NCBI GenBank assembly: GCA_963825135.1
Contig: CAWGRW010000009.1
Coordinates: 2,176,001-2,240,000 of the forward strand
From: an uncultured bacterium
GTDB lineage: Bacteria > Desulfobacterota_D > UBA1144 > Nemesobacterales > UBA2774
Length of the DNA: 64,000 bases
Reading direction: 5' to 3'
Shown here: one piece after another, positions 39,141 through 48,990 of the stretch
Numbering within the stretch: position 1 is the stretch's first letter
Layout of the letters: every line of letters starts with the position of its first letter
The notes under the pieces: model-generated
What the model saw: only the letters and a program-made list of their open reading frames with translations
The model's database searches: none
What the model was told of the DNA's origin: nothing
Made by a program: the position numbers and the translations under genes

Positions 39141-39753
39141 ATCCGCCCTTCGTATGACACGTGTTGCAGAACGTTACCTGGTGGCAGCTCCCGCACTCTC
39201 TCGGGTTGGCGCGCGCCTCGACCCCGTGGATCAACCTGAAATTCCTGTCGTGGACCATTATTGTGGGGAGGTCTCTTCGATTGTGACAATCCTCGCAGAA
39301 CCGGGGCGCGTGGCAATTTTCACACGACTCCTCGTCGGCTTTGGCGAAGACGGCGTGCTTCTCCGTCCAGTTAAAATTGTGATTCTTGGGCTCGATTTCG
39401 GCCATGTTGACATGGCACAGGCTGCACTCTCCCGGCGCAACGTTGCCGGCTTCCGGATTGAAATGACAGAAATGGCACGTCTCCTTTCCGGGGAAGAAGG
39501 ACTGCTTGGACGCCTTGATGGCCTCTTCGATGCTCTTTTCGTCCTTGGCTTCCACGTTCATGGGATGGCAGACGAAGCAGTCGAACCCCTCCTTCTCCAT
39601 CACCTTCTTGTGCGCCTCGTGCGAGAAATTCATGCTTACGTCGAGCGGAACCTTCGGTTTCGCGCCCGAAGCGTTCTCCTCCTTGTTCTGGGCGCCGCAC
39701 CCCGCGAGCGCGAACACCGCCGCCGCTAATATCAATATCGCTCTCTTCATCAC
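39130..39753 (-). CDS. heptaheme cytochrome c lipoprotein
   Basis: LAGC lipobox; 7 CxxCH motifs. Confidence 0.88.
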   Translation of the reverse strand: MMKRAILILAAAVFALAGCGAQNKEENASGAKPKVPLDVSMNFSHEAHKKVMEKEGFDCFVCHPMNVEAKDEKSIEEAIKASKQSFFPGKETCHFCHFNPEAGNVAPGECSLCHVNMAEIEPKNHNFNWTEKHAVFAKADEESCENCHAPRFCEDCHNRRDLPTIMVHDRNFRLIHGVEARANPRECGSCHQVTFCNTCHTKGGYDY

Positions 39754-41051
39754 ATGCTCGTCGAAAAGTAGTAACTCAATCCCAAATCCACCCTTATGTC
39801 CTTGTTAAATTCCGGGTTCGTGTTGAACTCGAGAGCGGTCCTGAGTACGAGGTCTTTCAATATCATGTAGTCGCTCCCGACTATATAGCTGAAGGCGTTG
39901 CCGCTCTGGTTCGTAATCTTGTTATAGTATGCGTACGCAAAGGCGAACTGCAATTGCCATCCGCTCCTTATTTGCTCATACAGGCTTGTGTTCACACCTA
40001 CGGCGTAGTCGGTCTGCTCGCCCCCGTCGATATAGTAAAACCCCTGAAAGGCCCTGAGCCCCATGTTCTTCCAGAAGTCGAACATGAAGCCGAGCTTTGC
40101 TATATTCCCGTTCGTGCTCGTGTCCTCCGAAGGGTCGTAGTTGGAATACGCGTAGCTCCCGTTGATCTCCAGGTAGGAGACCGGAACGTACGTGACGCCT
40201 ACTTTCGCCTGCTGGAGCCTTCCTACGGAAAATATGTCGAATATCGGGTCGAGCTGGAAGTCGTTCCTCTGCTGATCCAGATTGTAGTTGTCGTATTCGA
40301 GGTTGAGGTAGAGGGACCGGAGTACCGTGATGCCCACTCCAGTCGTGAGGAGACCGAGGTTCCCTTCGCCTACGTCTATCTCCGCGAGGCCGTAAATGTC
40401 GGCGAAATCCGTATAGGGGACGGCCCTGTTGAAGGTGACGTTAATGAACTGCCTCGATGAGAAGTTGTCAGGGGCGTAGACCTCGTAGCCGACGGAGATT
40501 ATGGATCCCAGTATTGCGTCCGTTTTCAGTTTGAGGCCGAATATGCCGTAGCTGTCGCCCGGCCTCTCGGGTTCCGGCTGAAGGTCGTTTTCCTGATATC
40601 CCCCGTAAGCGGTTATCTCAAGCCCTTTCATGGGTTTTACCTTGACGAGCGCGCCGTCCATGAGTACGAAGTTTACTCCCTCCGTCATCGCCTGCCTGCC
40701 GAGCCTCACCTCGTACGTGCCGGGCGTATTCGAGATATCGACGAAAGCGTTATAGACGTCCAGCGACTCCTGGTCGCCGTTGAATATCTCCCTTCCTCTG
40801 AGAAAAGTGTTGAAGTAAACATTGTGGTCGGGGGAAACGGTGCTGAGGTCGAGGTATTGGTAAAAAGGGTAAACGTCTTTCTTGTCGCCGTCAGGGTTTA
40901 GCAGCGGGGTAGGGGCCTGAAACAGCATAAAGGCGTTTCCATAAAGACCCAGACTCCTCGGGCGTATTATCTCTGTCTGCCCGTATGCCGCAACTCCCCC
41001 CGTTGCCGAGAGCAGTAGCATTGTCGCCGCACATAAAATATTTTTCGGCAT
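39750..41051 (-). CDS. outer-membrane beta-barrel (porin of a porin-cytochrome conduit)
   Basis: Signal peptide, alternating amphipathic strands, VRLGRQ, C-terminal LGLSYYF; flanked by cytochromes. Confidence 0.78.
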   Translation of the reverse strand: MPKNILCAATMLLLSATGGVAAYGQTEIIRPRSLGLYGNAFMLFQAPTPLLNPDGDKKDVYPFYQYLDLSTVSPDHNVYFNTFLRGREIFNGDQESLDVYNAFVDISNTPGTYEVRLGRQAMTEGVNFVLMDGALVKVKPMKGLEITAYGGYQENDLQPEPERPGDSYGIFGLKLKTDAILGSIISVGYEVYAPDNFSSRQFINVTFNRAVPYTDFADIYGLAEIDVGEGNLGLLTTGVGITVLRSLYLNLEYDNYNLDQQRNDFQLDPIFDIFSVGRLQQAKVGVTYVPVSYLEINGSYAYSNYDPSEDTSTNGNIAKLGFMFDFWKNMGLRAFQGFYYIDGGEQTDYAVGVNTSLYEQIRSGWQLQFAFAYAYYNKITNQSGNAFSYIVGSDYMILKDLVLRTALEFNTNPEFNKDIRVDLGLSYYFSTSM

Positions 41052-41059
41052 TTGAAAGA

Positions 41060-41374
41060 CTACTCCGTAAGTCCAGGTACGCCGTTATCTCCATGACAAA
41101 TCGGACAGCTCGCAAGCCCTTCCTGCACGGTAAATTCGCGTATATCCTCGAGCAGCAGGACCCCTAGACCGGAACGGTCCTCCTGGTGTATCACCTCGAG
41201 CGGGTGACACGCGAAACAATCTTCCCTCCCCCATCCGTCGGGATGTTCTTCCTCTGTCAGTTTAATCCCCTCGACCCCGTCAAAGATGTTCCCCCAGTCC
41301 TGCCCCTTGTCATCCTCGCTGACGCACGAGGCGAGTAGGAATATAAGCAATATCAACAGGACGAGCTTTTTCAT
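41060..41374 (-). CDS. diheme cytochrome c lipoprotein
   Basis: LLASC lipobox; CFACH, CPICH. Confidence 0.85.
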   Translation of the reverse strand: MKKLVLLILLIFLLASCVSEDDKGQDWGNIFDGVEGIKLTEEEHPDGWGREDCFACHPLEVIHQEDRSGLGVLLLEDIREFTVQEGLASCPICHGDNGVPGLTE

Positions 41375-41396
41375 GTCGTGTTTGTCCTTGCATTTA

Positions 41397-43647
41397 TTAC
41401 ATATCGGGACGGTTTATGCGTTCTGCCGGCGAGAGCGGAGGCAGGTGCACTTCCGCGGCGCCGAGCGGGTCGCCCGCGGCATGGCAGTTTATGCATGCTG
41501 ACTCCGGCTGCGGCCCTCCCAGGTGGTTTTCGCCCGTGAGCGCGTCGCCCGCTGCATTCACGACCACGTCGTCGTGACACGAAGTACATACCGTGATTAC
41601 GGGCTGGGTCGAGAATGTTTCAAGGACGTCGTTCTCCTCGCCTACCTTCGTGAACTTCCTGTTCACGGTCGCGAGTATCCCCGGGCCCAGAATGCCCGTT
41701 CCGGGATTGAGTATGTTCGTATTGGGCAGATGACATGCCCTGCAGTCGTTCGTCGCCCCCGGGTAAAGGACGTCGCTGAAGTCGTTGAAGCTGCCCCTGA
41801 AACCGTATATCACGTAGGGTGTTACAGACAGGTTTTCGCCGGTGTGTATCTTGTGAATCATCTCCCTGAAGTCTATCGACGTCGTTGTGGGCGTCATGCT
41901 TCCCGTCCAGTCGGGTACGGGTCTGGTCGATATATCGTCGTCAGACGGGTTATGGCAGAGCACGCAGTATTCGGTGTTATTGCGCAGGTTGCCGTGGACG
42001 CTGAAGTCCTCGGAGAATACCCCGTGACAGGAATTGCAGAATTCGTCCTCCGTTGTATTGTCGACTACGACCCTCCTCGGCACGGGTATGATGTCTGTGA
42101 CCCCGAAGTAGCGGACTACGTTCTTCCCTGCCTCATCCACATCCTCGAACAGGATGAGGTTCTCTCCGCCCACCTTTCTCACGATCCTGCCCTCGATGCC
42201 CACCGCGTATGTTCCTGTGGCGTCATTCGGGATTATTCCCTGGAATGTGTATTTGTAGTTTCCTTCCGCGTCGGGCCCTTCGGCAGCGTCGACAGGCGAC
42301 TCACGGAGGAAGTTGTCCACTCCGGGGGTCTCAACGCCGGTTCCGCTGTAGTCCTGTATGTTGTAATCGGTCGTCGGACCCGCTATCACCAGGCTTATCG
42401 AGTCCATGTCCGCCAGGTTAACTACTGCGCCCGCGTCCGTTTTAAGGCTGAACGTGACTTCCGCGTGGTCGCCCGGGCGAACCCTCTGTTTCCCTGTCTC
42501 GGCGCTCCTCACGTCTACGATTTCGAAGTTCAACCCGGGAGGGTGGAGGCCTTGAGCGGTACGGTGTGGAGCCCGGTTACCGAGATATCGAACTCGGTAT
42601 TCGACTGCGGGATGTGACAACCCGAACAGTTGTTGTCGTTTAACTGTACCGTGGGATGATTTGTGGCCGTGGCGAAGTCGACATTGTCATGGCAGGAGCC
42701 GCATGAAGCCCTCGTCGGGTCGTTCTTGTAGTCATTGGCCTGGGACGCGAGGGATTCGTCGTGGCACTTGGTGCAGTTCCTTATGTCCTGCGGGAATACG
42801 ACGGTCGAGAAGTCGTGAACGGTATCATTGAACCCGGTTATGAAATACGGCATTCCCGCCTCGACGCTCGGAAGCATCTCCCCCATGTGTATCTTATGTA
42901 TCATTATGTTGAATCCGATACTGTTACCCGAATCGGGGTCGATCTGTTCGACCGTCTCTCCGGTTTCCGGGTTAATGATCTTGCTCGAATGGCACGTAAT
43001 ACAGACCCCCACGTCCCTCCTGGCCCCTCCGTGGAGCGCGAGCGGGTCGTGACATGTATTGCACGATTCGGTCGCGACGATGTCCCTCACGGTCTTGACA
43101 GGGCCGCCGTCGGGAACGAAATCGAATGTCGCGTTCGACACGAACGTCTGGCTCCCGATCGTCTTTTCTCCGTATAGCGCTATGGTGTGGGTAAGACTCG
43201 CGTCGTATCCCTGGGGCAGCATTATGGCGTACTTATAATTATAGGTGCCCCCGCCTAGGTCTGTATACTCGCCTTCGTCCTCGGAATCTGCCTGTGTGGC
43301 CCCTTTCTGGTCCCTCGTAATGTAGTCGATGTACTCACCGCTCTCGACTATCCTCGCGATTATGAAGCTTATATCGACGCCGTTCCTGCTTATCGGGTTT
43401 CCGTTTTCATCGGTGAGCTTGATCGTTGCGACAGGATGGTTGTCGTCGCCGATGAATGCGTCGGTTATTTCAATATTCAGCTTGTTGCCTTCAACGGGCG
43501 GCGGCGGTGGCGGCGGGGGAGTTATGCCTCCTCCCCTCCTCCTCCGCATCCTCCATAAACCGAGATTAACAGGAATGGGAAAACGATCAATCGGACAAGA
43601 AAAGAACGGAAAATGCCTTTATCTTGATTATTCATCCTGCCGTTCAT
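41397..43647 (-). CDS. OmcA/MtrC-family decaheme cytochrome lipoprotein (two 1-bp indels in G runs, near 43535 and 42535)
   Basis: AAGGAG RBS, ATG 43647, signal ...ISVYGGC; two beta-domain plus pentaheme halves (5+5 CxxCH) with MIHKIH and V.(F/Y)P...NC..CH motifs. Confidence 0.85.
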
Positions 43648-43922
43648 AGTACCCTCTCCTTTAAGAACGACTCTTGTTAAACATTAAATAACATGAAATG
43701 GAATGTTTTATAAGAGTTAATTTTAATGACAAGTGTTTATGGGTCTGGCTATACGGCGCATGGAATTTTACTCCGGCCGGTGCGCTTGAATCACTACCCG
43801 GGCTGAATTATTTATCATGACCGGGAAATGAAAATAGCAGGCTTTATTCTCAAAAACGACACGGCCGTTTCCGGCACAAAATCAGAAAGGGGTTAAGTCC
43901 GCATCCGCCCCGTTTTGTACGC

Positions 43923-44007
43923 TGTCAGATAATCGGACGAAGTCGCCACGGACGAAACTCAGATTATCTCATAATGACAGATGGTTATGTTTGGCATGAA
44001 AGTTGTA
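43923..44007 (+). promoter_or_regulatory. TGTC-N9-GACG motif (43923..43939) and near-consensus sigma-54 promoter (43992..44007)
   Basis: TGTCAGATAATCGGACG; TGGCATGAAAGTTGTA (GT instead of GC at -12). Confidence 0.35.
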
Positions 44008-44022
44008 CTTATCTTTGATATT

Positions 44023-44418
44023 ATGACAAAACGAGCAGAGAGGGTGAAAAGAGAAATCAGGGCTATATTCCGGCCCGACGCGGAGAAACCGGCAAATATA
44101 GCGAAGAGTCATTCATCACTGTACGTTAAAGCCTGCAAGGCGTTCGGGTCTTGGAGGAACGCTCTTGAGGCGTGCGGGATAGATTATGAGAGTTCGAGGA
44201 ACAACAGGAAGTGGACGAGGGAGAAGATCATTGCGGAGATTAAAAGGCTCCGGGTGAAGGGCGAGTGTCTCAGGCCTTCCGTCCTCAGGAAGAGCGGGAT
44301 GACAACGCTCGTTTCCGCGGCCGAATACCATTTCGGTTCATGGAGAAAGGCGGTCGAGTACTCCGGGCTCGATTACTCCTTCGGAAGACGCAAGAAGTGT
44401 ATGCGGCTCTCCGCGTAA
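44023..44418 (+). CDS. homing-endonuclease-associated repeat (FGSW repeat) protein, putative DNA-binding
   Basis: Two A..(A/H)FGSWR.A.E..G.DY units with WTREKII linker; no nuclease domain. Confidence 0.65.
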   Translation: MTKRAERVKREIRAIFRPDAEKPANIAKSHSSLYVKACKAFGSWRNALEACGIDYESSRNNRKWTREKIIAEIKRLRVKGECLRPSVLRKSGMTTLVSAAEYHFGSWRKAVEYSGLDYSFGRRKKCMRLSA

Positions 44419-44595
44419 GCGGGGGGCCGGCTGGTAACGGCGGTGGTGATTTTCGGGCATTATTTCCCCAATAAAACATGATATAAGAGTAATTAAAGCT
44501 ATCCCCCTCCAAAGCAGGCGACTTGTCGGTTCGTCTACTCTTTTTTATTTTATATGGTACTATTTCTTGTCCTGTCCAATCCGAAATAAATCAAT

Positions 44596-44674
44596 GGTGG
44601 GTGTAGCTCAGCTTGGTTAGAGCACTGGGTTGTGGCCCCAGAGGTCGCGGGTTCAAGTCCCGTCACTCACCCCA
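44596..44674 (+). tRNA. tRNA-His(GTG) with G-1 and encoded CCA
   Basis: GTGGGTG/CACTCAC stem, CTGGG-TTGTGGC-CCCAG arm, GGTTCAAGTCC. Confidence 0.97.
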
Positions 44675-44797
44675 GATTATTAGAAAATTTCAGACAAAAT
44701 CGTCAATCCATGCAATTTGTTTCCACGATGTTGTCATTCCGATATGGATTTCCCACGAGTATTCGAATATAATATCACTATCACTTCTGGAAAGGAA

Positions 44798-45139
44798 CTA
44801 TCTGCGTATCCGTTTAGCCATCTGCTTCATAACATGTAGTGCGAAGTACGGATGTGAATGAACGAGACGCGTGAAACTCTTTTTGTCTATGGGTACTAGC
44901 TGACAATCCGATATAGCAACAGCTGTAGCACTTCTGAGGCCTTCATCAATAAGTGCCATTTCTCCTAAAACATCACCCGGTCCGGCCATTTCAATTACTT
45001 TGTCGCCTATTATGATTTCTACTTCTCCGTTTTTAACGGCGTACATTTTTTCGCCGGGTTCCCCTACCTTGAAGATCACTTGGCCGGCCGGATAGGATTC
45101 AAAATCAGTTGAGTGCCGAAACAAATTTACAGTTTCCAT
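44798..45139 (-). CDS. stand-alone cyclic-nucleotide-binding domain protein
   Basis: IFKVGEPG, GEMALID..RSATAVA. Confidence 0.9.
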   Translation of the reverse strand: METVNLFRHSTDFESYPAGQVIFKVGEPGEKMYAVKNGEVEIIIGDKVIEMAGPGDVLGEMALIDEGLRSATAVAISDCQLVPIDKKSFTRLVHSHPYFALHVMKQMAKRIRR

Positions 45140-45940
45140 CTCGAACAACCTCCCATATCTTTGTGATTAGTTAATAGGCTTCTACTAGAGGGCGGTTACT
45201 AGGAAGCAGCAACTTCCTTACATAGCACAACCAAAAAGTATAAGCCAGAAGCGAAATCATACCATACAGATTCCAATTAAGTGTTAAGTTCATGTTAAGG
45301 TTAAGCTCACAAAAATACCCACCTTTTCCACAGACCTGGGATTCGACAGCCAGGACGGATTCTATTACGGGAATATTCAGGTTCAATGAGAGGGGTTTTA
45401 TGAAATGGATATTACTTATCTCGGTATTGCTCCTCCTTGGCTGCGCTGGGAAGAACGGTTAAGATAGCGAATCTAATACTACGTCACGGACATATCAACC
45501 CGTCCCGAAAAATACCCCCCTGTCCGGATGGTTGTTCGAACAAAAACAAACCTGGTACTTAATTCGTACTTACTTCGTACCTTTATTCGCACAGAATATC
45601 TAATAATTACGACTTAATTCGTTTTATTCGTACCTTGTAATCCCAATAACCCAAAGTCATAATTGGTTGACTACACTTTATAGCAAGTTCTGGAGTAATG
45701 GTATATGATAAAAACAACAGAGAGGAAGGCCGCCTGAATGATTTTTACACACCAATTGAAAAGACCTCATTACAAATTTAGGTTACGCGCAATTTGTATC
45801 CTGAAATTTAATCGACCCATCCCGGCTTGAACTCGATCCGACGGTTATGATACGATAGCAGCAAGTCGGGGTATTACTTTTGTGCGTACTCGTTATTTAT
45901 TTAAAATCCAGGGAACCGAGCAGTCAAACGACCTACTTTA

Positions 45941-46807
45941 ATGACAAGTAACTGTTTCATTCCAGCTGTCATACTAGTTTTCCTTTTCTTGCCGTCAACT
46001 GGTCTGAGTACGGCAGAAGAGAATCCCTGCTCCGAACCCTGCTACCCCGGCGTTATATCCCCTCCCGGTAAACCTGAGACCGAATGGGAGAAAGCCAATT
46101 GGGACAAAATATTAAAAGGACGAGAAATCGCTCTCAACACATACGAACTCTTGGGGCCTGAGTTCGTCGTCGCCAAGCTGCACTGCGGAAGCTGTCATCT
46201 GAACGCCGGCGGCAACCCCGACGCTGCTTGGTTCGTGAATATGGAGGAGAAATATAAAACGAAGATAAGGCTGCAGGAGAGAATAAATAGGTGCTTTGAC
46301 CGAAGCATGAACGGGACCCCCGTATGCGACAGTGAGAACGGAGAGTGCAATGATAATCCCGTCATGGAAAGCCTAATATCATACATGGAATGGATCACCA
46401 GCCGGTGGCGGAAGGAGGGCTTGCCCCCCTCGCCGGAAGACTTCCCGCAGATAGCAGCTCTCGAAAGAAACCCGGAAAGGGGGAGAATGACGTACATTCA
46501 AAAGTGCAGCTTCTGTCATAATGCCGATGCCCGGGGCATATACGAGGGCGGAAAATATATACGCCCCGCGCTCGTGGGACCGAACTCATTCAATGCCTGT
46601 GCCGGGATGGCAGAGCTTAAAAAATTCACCCGATTTATAAAAGCCAACATGCCTTACGGAAGCGGAGGCTCGCTTACGGACCAAGAAGCGTGGGACATAG
46701 CGACTTTTATCGACGGCGAGTGCCGCCCCGGAAAGGGGAAAGACCGGAACGGAAATATTTGCTCCGAGAGCAGAATGTGCAAAAACGGAAAGCCTCTGAA
46801 CGAATAA
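45941..46807 (+). CDS. TsdA-like diheme cytochrome c (thiosulfate dehydrogenase/tetrathionate reductase family)
   Basis: CGSCHLNAG, RINRCFDRSMNG (Cys ligand), CSFCH, SFN..AGM, NMPYG, LTDQEAWD. Confidence 0.78.
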   Translation: MTSNCFIPAVILVFLFLPSTGLSTAEENPCSEPCYPGVISPPGKPETEWEKANWDKILKGREIALNTYELLGPEFVVAKLHCGSCHLNAGGNPDAAWFVNMEEKYKTKIRLQERINRCFDRSMNGTPVCDSENGECNDNPVMESLISYMEWITSRWRKEGLPPSPEDFPQIAALERNPERGRMTYIQKCSFCHNADARGIYEGGKYIRPALVGPNSFNACAGMAELKKFTRFIKANMPYGSGGSLTDQEAWDIATFIDGECRPGKGKDRNGNICSESRMCKNGKPLNE

Positions 46808-47092
46808 TCAATCCTGCGACGCGCTCAATCGCAGATCATTATCGAGCCGAGAGCGATGCAAGCCGTAGTTATCAACTGCTATCCGCCCGATTAACCTATT
46901 ACCTGTGTTCAGACCGGGAACTTCATTACCTGCAATTAATTCGACCGGTACGCTTTTTATTTGCACACTTATCGCGTTTGTCCCGCTTTTTTTGAGTGTA
47001 ACCTGCTGTAATCATTCAACTGCCCCGCATGCCGCGTTTTTTTTACGCGGAAAACTAAAAAATGTAATGATTTAAATGTACTCGGGGTTGCT

Positions 47093-47132
47093 GCCCCGGA
47101 GGTCGCGGGTTCAAGTCCCGTCACTCACCCCA
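47093..47132 (+). repeat. 3'-end copy of tRNA-His (att-like) 1
   Basis: GCCCCGGAGGTCGCGGGTTCAAGTCCCGTCACTCACCCCA, 1 mismatch to the tRNA. Confidence 0.92.
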
Positions 47133-47228
47133 TTTATACCCAAATACTTGGCGTCCGCAGCTGCCCCATTTGGTCAAGCTATGAAATACTGAGGACGTGC
47201 CGTTTGCTTCCCGAAAGCGAACCTTGGA

Positions 47229-47591
47229 TCAGTGGAGGACTGCTACCGATTGAGTATCAGTATTAAGTTCCGGCATATTCAAGCATCTTTTCTGGCATCT
47301 CACCTTGTCTTTGAATGCGGAACATTTCAGAACGTCATCGTAAGTTCTATATGTAAAAATACTCGGTCGAAACTTCGCTTCCACTGTCATCTTTCTAAAC
47401 GGACAGAAAAACGACTTCATTGCGGACCTATGGGACAAGCTGCGATCTTCTTCTAGTAAGTAAAAAGACACAGCAACTAGCAAAACAAAAGCAAGAATAA
47501 AAGCAAATGGAACAAACAAAAAACTTAGTAGAAATAAAATACTCGCGATGACGCCCGCTATAATTGAAATAACTATATTGAATTTACCCAT
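47229..47591 (-). CDS. membrane protein with C-terminal 4-Cys motif
   Basis: Two TM helices; FFCP...DVLKCSAF...CQKRCL. Confidence 0.7.
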   Translation of the reverse strand: MGKFNIVISIIAGVIASILFLLSFLFVPFAFILAFVLLVAVSFYLLEEDRSLSHRSAMKSFFCPFRKMTVEAKFRPSIFTYRTYDDVLKCSAFKDKVRCQKRCLNMPELNTDTQSVAVLH

Positions 47592-47633
47592 GATATTCAC
47601 CCCCTTTCAATGTTATTTCATAGTTATTTGAGT

Positions 47634-47735
47634 TGCATAATTTATGCCAGTTTTCTTATTGCCATTTCGCCTATAAGGACTAACAAATTTTTAGGGATGA
47701 TTTGAGATTTCCCCAAATTGTCTGAACTTCTGACA
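47634..47735 (-). promoter_or_regulatory. sigma-54 promoter (47634..47649) with TGTC-N9-GACA motif (47719..47735)
   Basis: Minus strand TGGCATAAATTATGCA; TGTCTGAACTTCTGACA. Confidence 0.55.
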
Positions 47736-47764
47736 CATTCCGATATTTTTAGAATGCGGGAGAT

Positions 47765-47806
47765 TGGCCCCGGAGGTCGCGGGTTCAAGTCCCGTCACTC
47801 ACCCCA
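47765..47806 (+). repeat. 3'-end copy of tRNA-His (att-like) 2
   Basis: TGGCCCCGGAGG...CACCCCA, same A>G mismatch as copy 1. Confidence 0.92.
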
Positions 47807-47968
47807 TGGATTTCCTAATAATTACAATATAGAACAATTCACCTGAAGGTCCGGCAAAATAAATAATGGAATGGGCCGCATTAGTGGTAGTATTATTAGT
47901 ATTGTATGTTGCTAATAGATTTAACTAATCGATTACATTAAAAATCGGACGTGAAGGGGGGAATTAAA

Positions 47969-48310
47969 ATGAAGCGTTCATTCTACCCGCTGTTCATATT
48001 TCTGATTACGGGGATATTTGCAGTATTCCTTACAATAAACGCGGTGAATGCCAAGCCTATGCCGAATCCGACTCCCAAGCCCGTTGAGGGGACAACGGTC
48101 AAAAGCGGCAAGTCGAACTCCAGTGACCGCGAGATGCAGCCGACGCCTGCCCCCCTCCAGACTCCCGCGCCCGTTGAGGGGACGTCGGTCAAAAGCAGCA
48201 AATCGAACACCAGCGATCGTCAAATACAACCGACCCCTGCTCCTGTCCAGACTCCGGTACCCGCCGAGGGGACGACGGTCAAAAGCGGCAAGTCGAACTC
48301 AAGCGAGTGA
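47969..48310 (+). CDS. secreted protein made of three 30-aa repeats
   Basis: Signal peptide, then Pro-rich linker + EGT(T/S)VKS(G/S)KSN(S/T)S(D/E) x3, 90-bp period. Confidence 0.8.
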   Translation: MKRSFYPLFIFLITGIFAVFLTINAVNAKPMPNPTPKPVEGTTVKSGKSNSSDREMQPTPAPLQTPAPVEGTSVKSSKSNTSDRQIQPTPAPVQTPVPAEGTTVKSGKSNSSE

Positions 48311-48577
48311 CTTCGTGCAGGCGGTCCGTCCATCTATCCATCACTATGATTGGTTATCGGAATGTTGCAAGACAGTTCGGATATTATTCCGGGGCTCGGC
48401 TATCGTTTTCCGCAGGCCTGTAAACATGAGCTATTCTGAACTTAAAAGAATGCAGAATTCCTGAAGACCGCGGGGACTCGATTAATTCTTATTCGGGGAT
48501 ATACCGGGCTGTTGTAATTATTGTAAAAAGAAGGGAAAGTGCGCCGAATCGCTTCAGCGCACTTTGATATTCGATCC

Positions 48578-48787
48578 TTAGGCTAGAACTACGTTCTGAG
48601 CTTGTGGGCCTTTTTGTCCATCGACGACTGTAAACTCTACTCTCTGTCCTTCTTCGAGAGAACGGTAGCCGGTAGCGCTTATTTCGCTGAAGTGAACGAA
48701 TACATCTTTTTCACCGTCGAGCTCTATGAAGCCGAAGCCTTTCGCAGAATTGAACCACTTAACTAAGCCAATTTTACGTTCTGACAT
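48578..48787 (-). CDS. cspA: cold-shock protein
   Basis: [30 protein letters not shown]; hairpin terminator at 48536..48566. Confidence 0.95.
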   Translation of the reverse strand: MSERKIGLVKWFNSAKGFGFIELDGEKDVFVHFSEISATGYRSLEEGQRVEFTVVDGQKGPQAQNVVLA

Positions 48788-48990
48788 GTCGGATTAACCT
48801 CCTTTGTATTATTGGGTTGTGCTAGTGGTTCAAAATCAAGTTCAGATTGGTATCTCAATTTAGACTAGAACTACTGCAAACTCTGAAATTAATATAGCAT
48901 AAAATTATAATATTGTCAATTGAGCATTAAAATTTATCAAATTTAAGCTTTTTCCGGTTCTACCGGATAATACTGTATTCTACATCACTC

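Noticed and set aside
41523..42617. Long antisense ORFs (e.g. 41523..42617, 29552..30406, 54795..55733, 32588..33415)
   Set aside because: Shadows of well-supported genes on the opposite strand in GC-rich DNA.
47060..47132. Additional functional tRNA
   Set aside because: No D-arm or 5' acceptor strand and a degenerate anticodon loop; the same applies to the 47765 copy.
37003..48310. CRISPR array (37.0-kb, 45.6-kb or 48.1-kb repeats)
   Set aside because: Only 2-3 units, wrong repeat/spacer geometry or protein-coding, and no cas genes.
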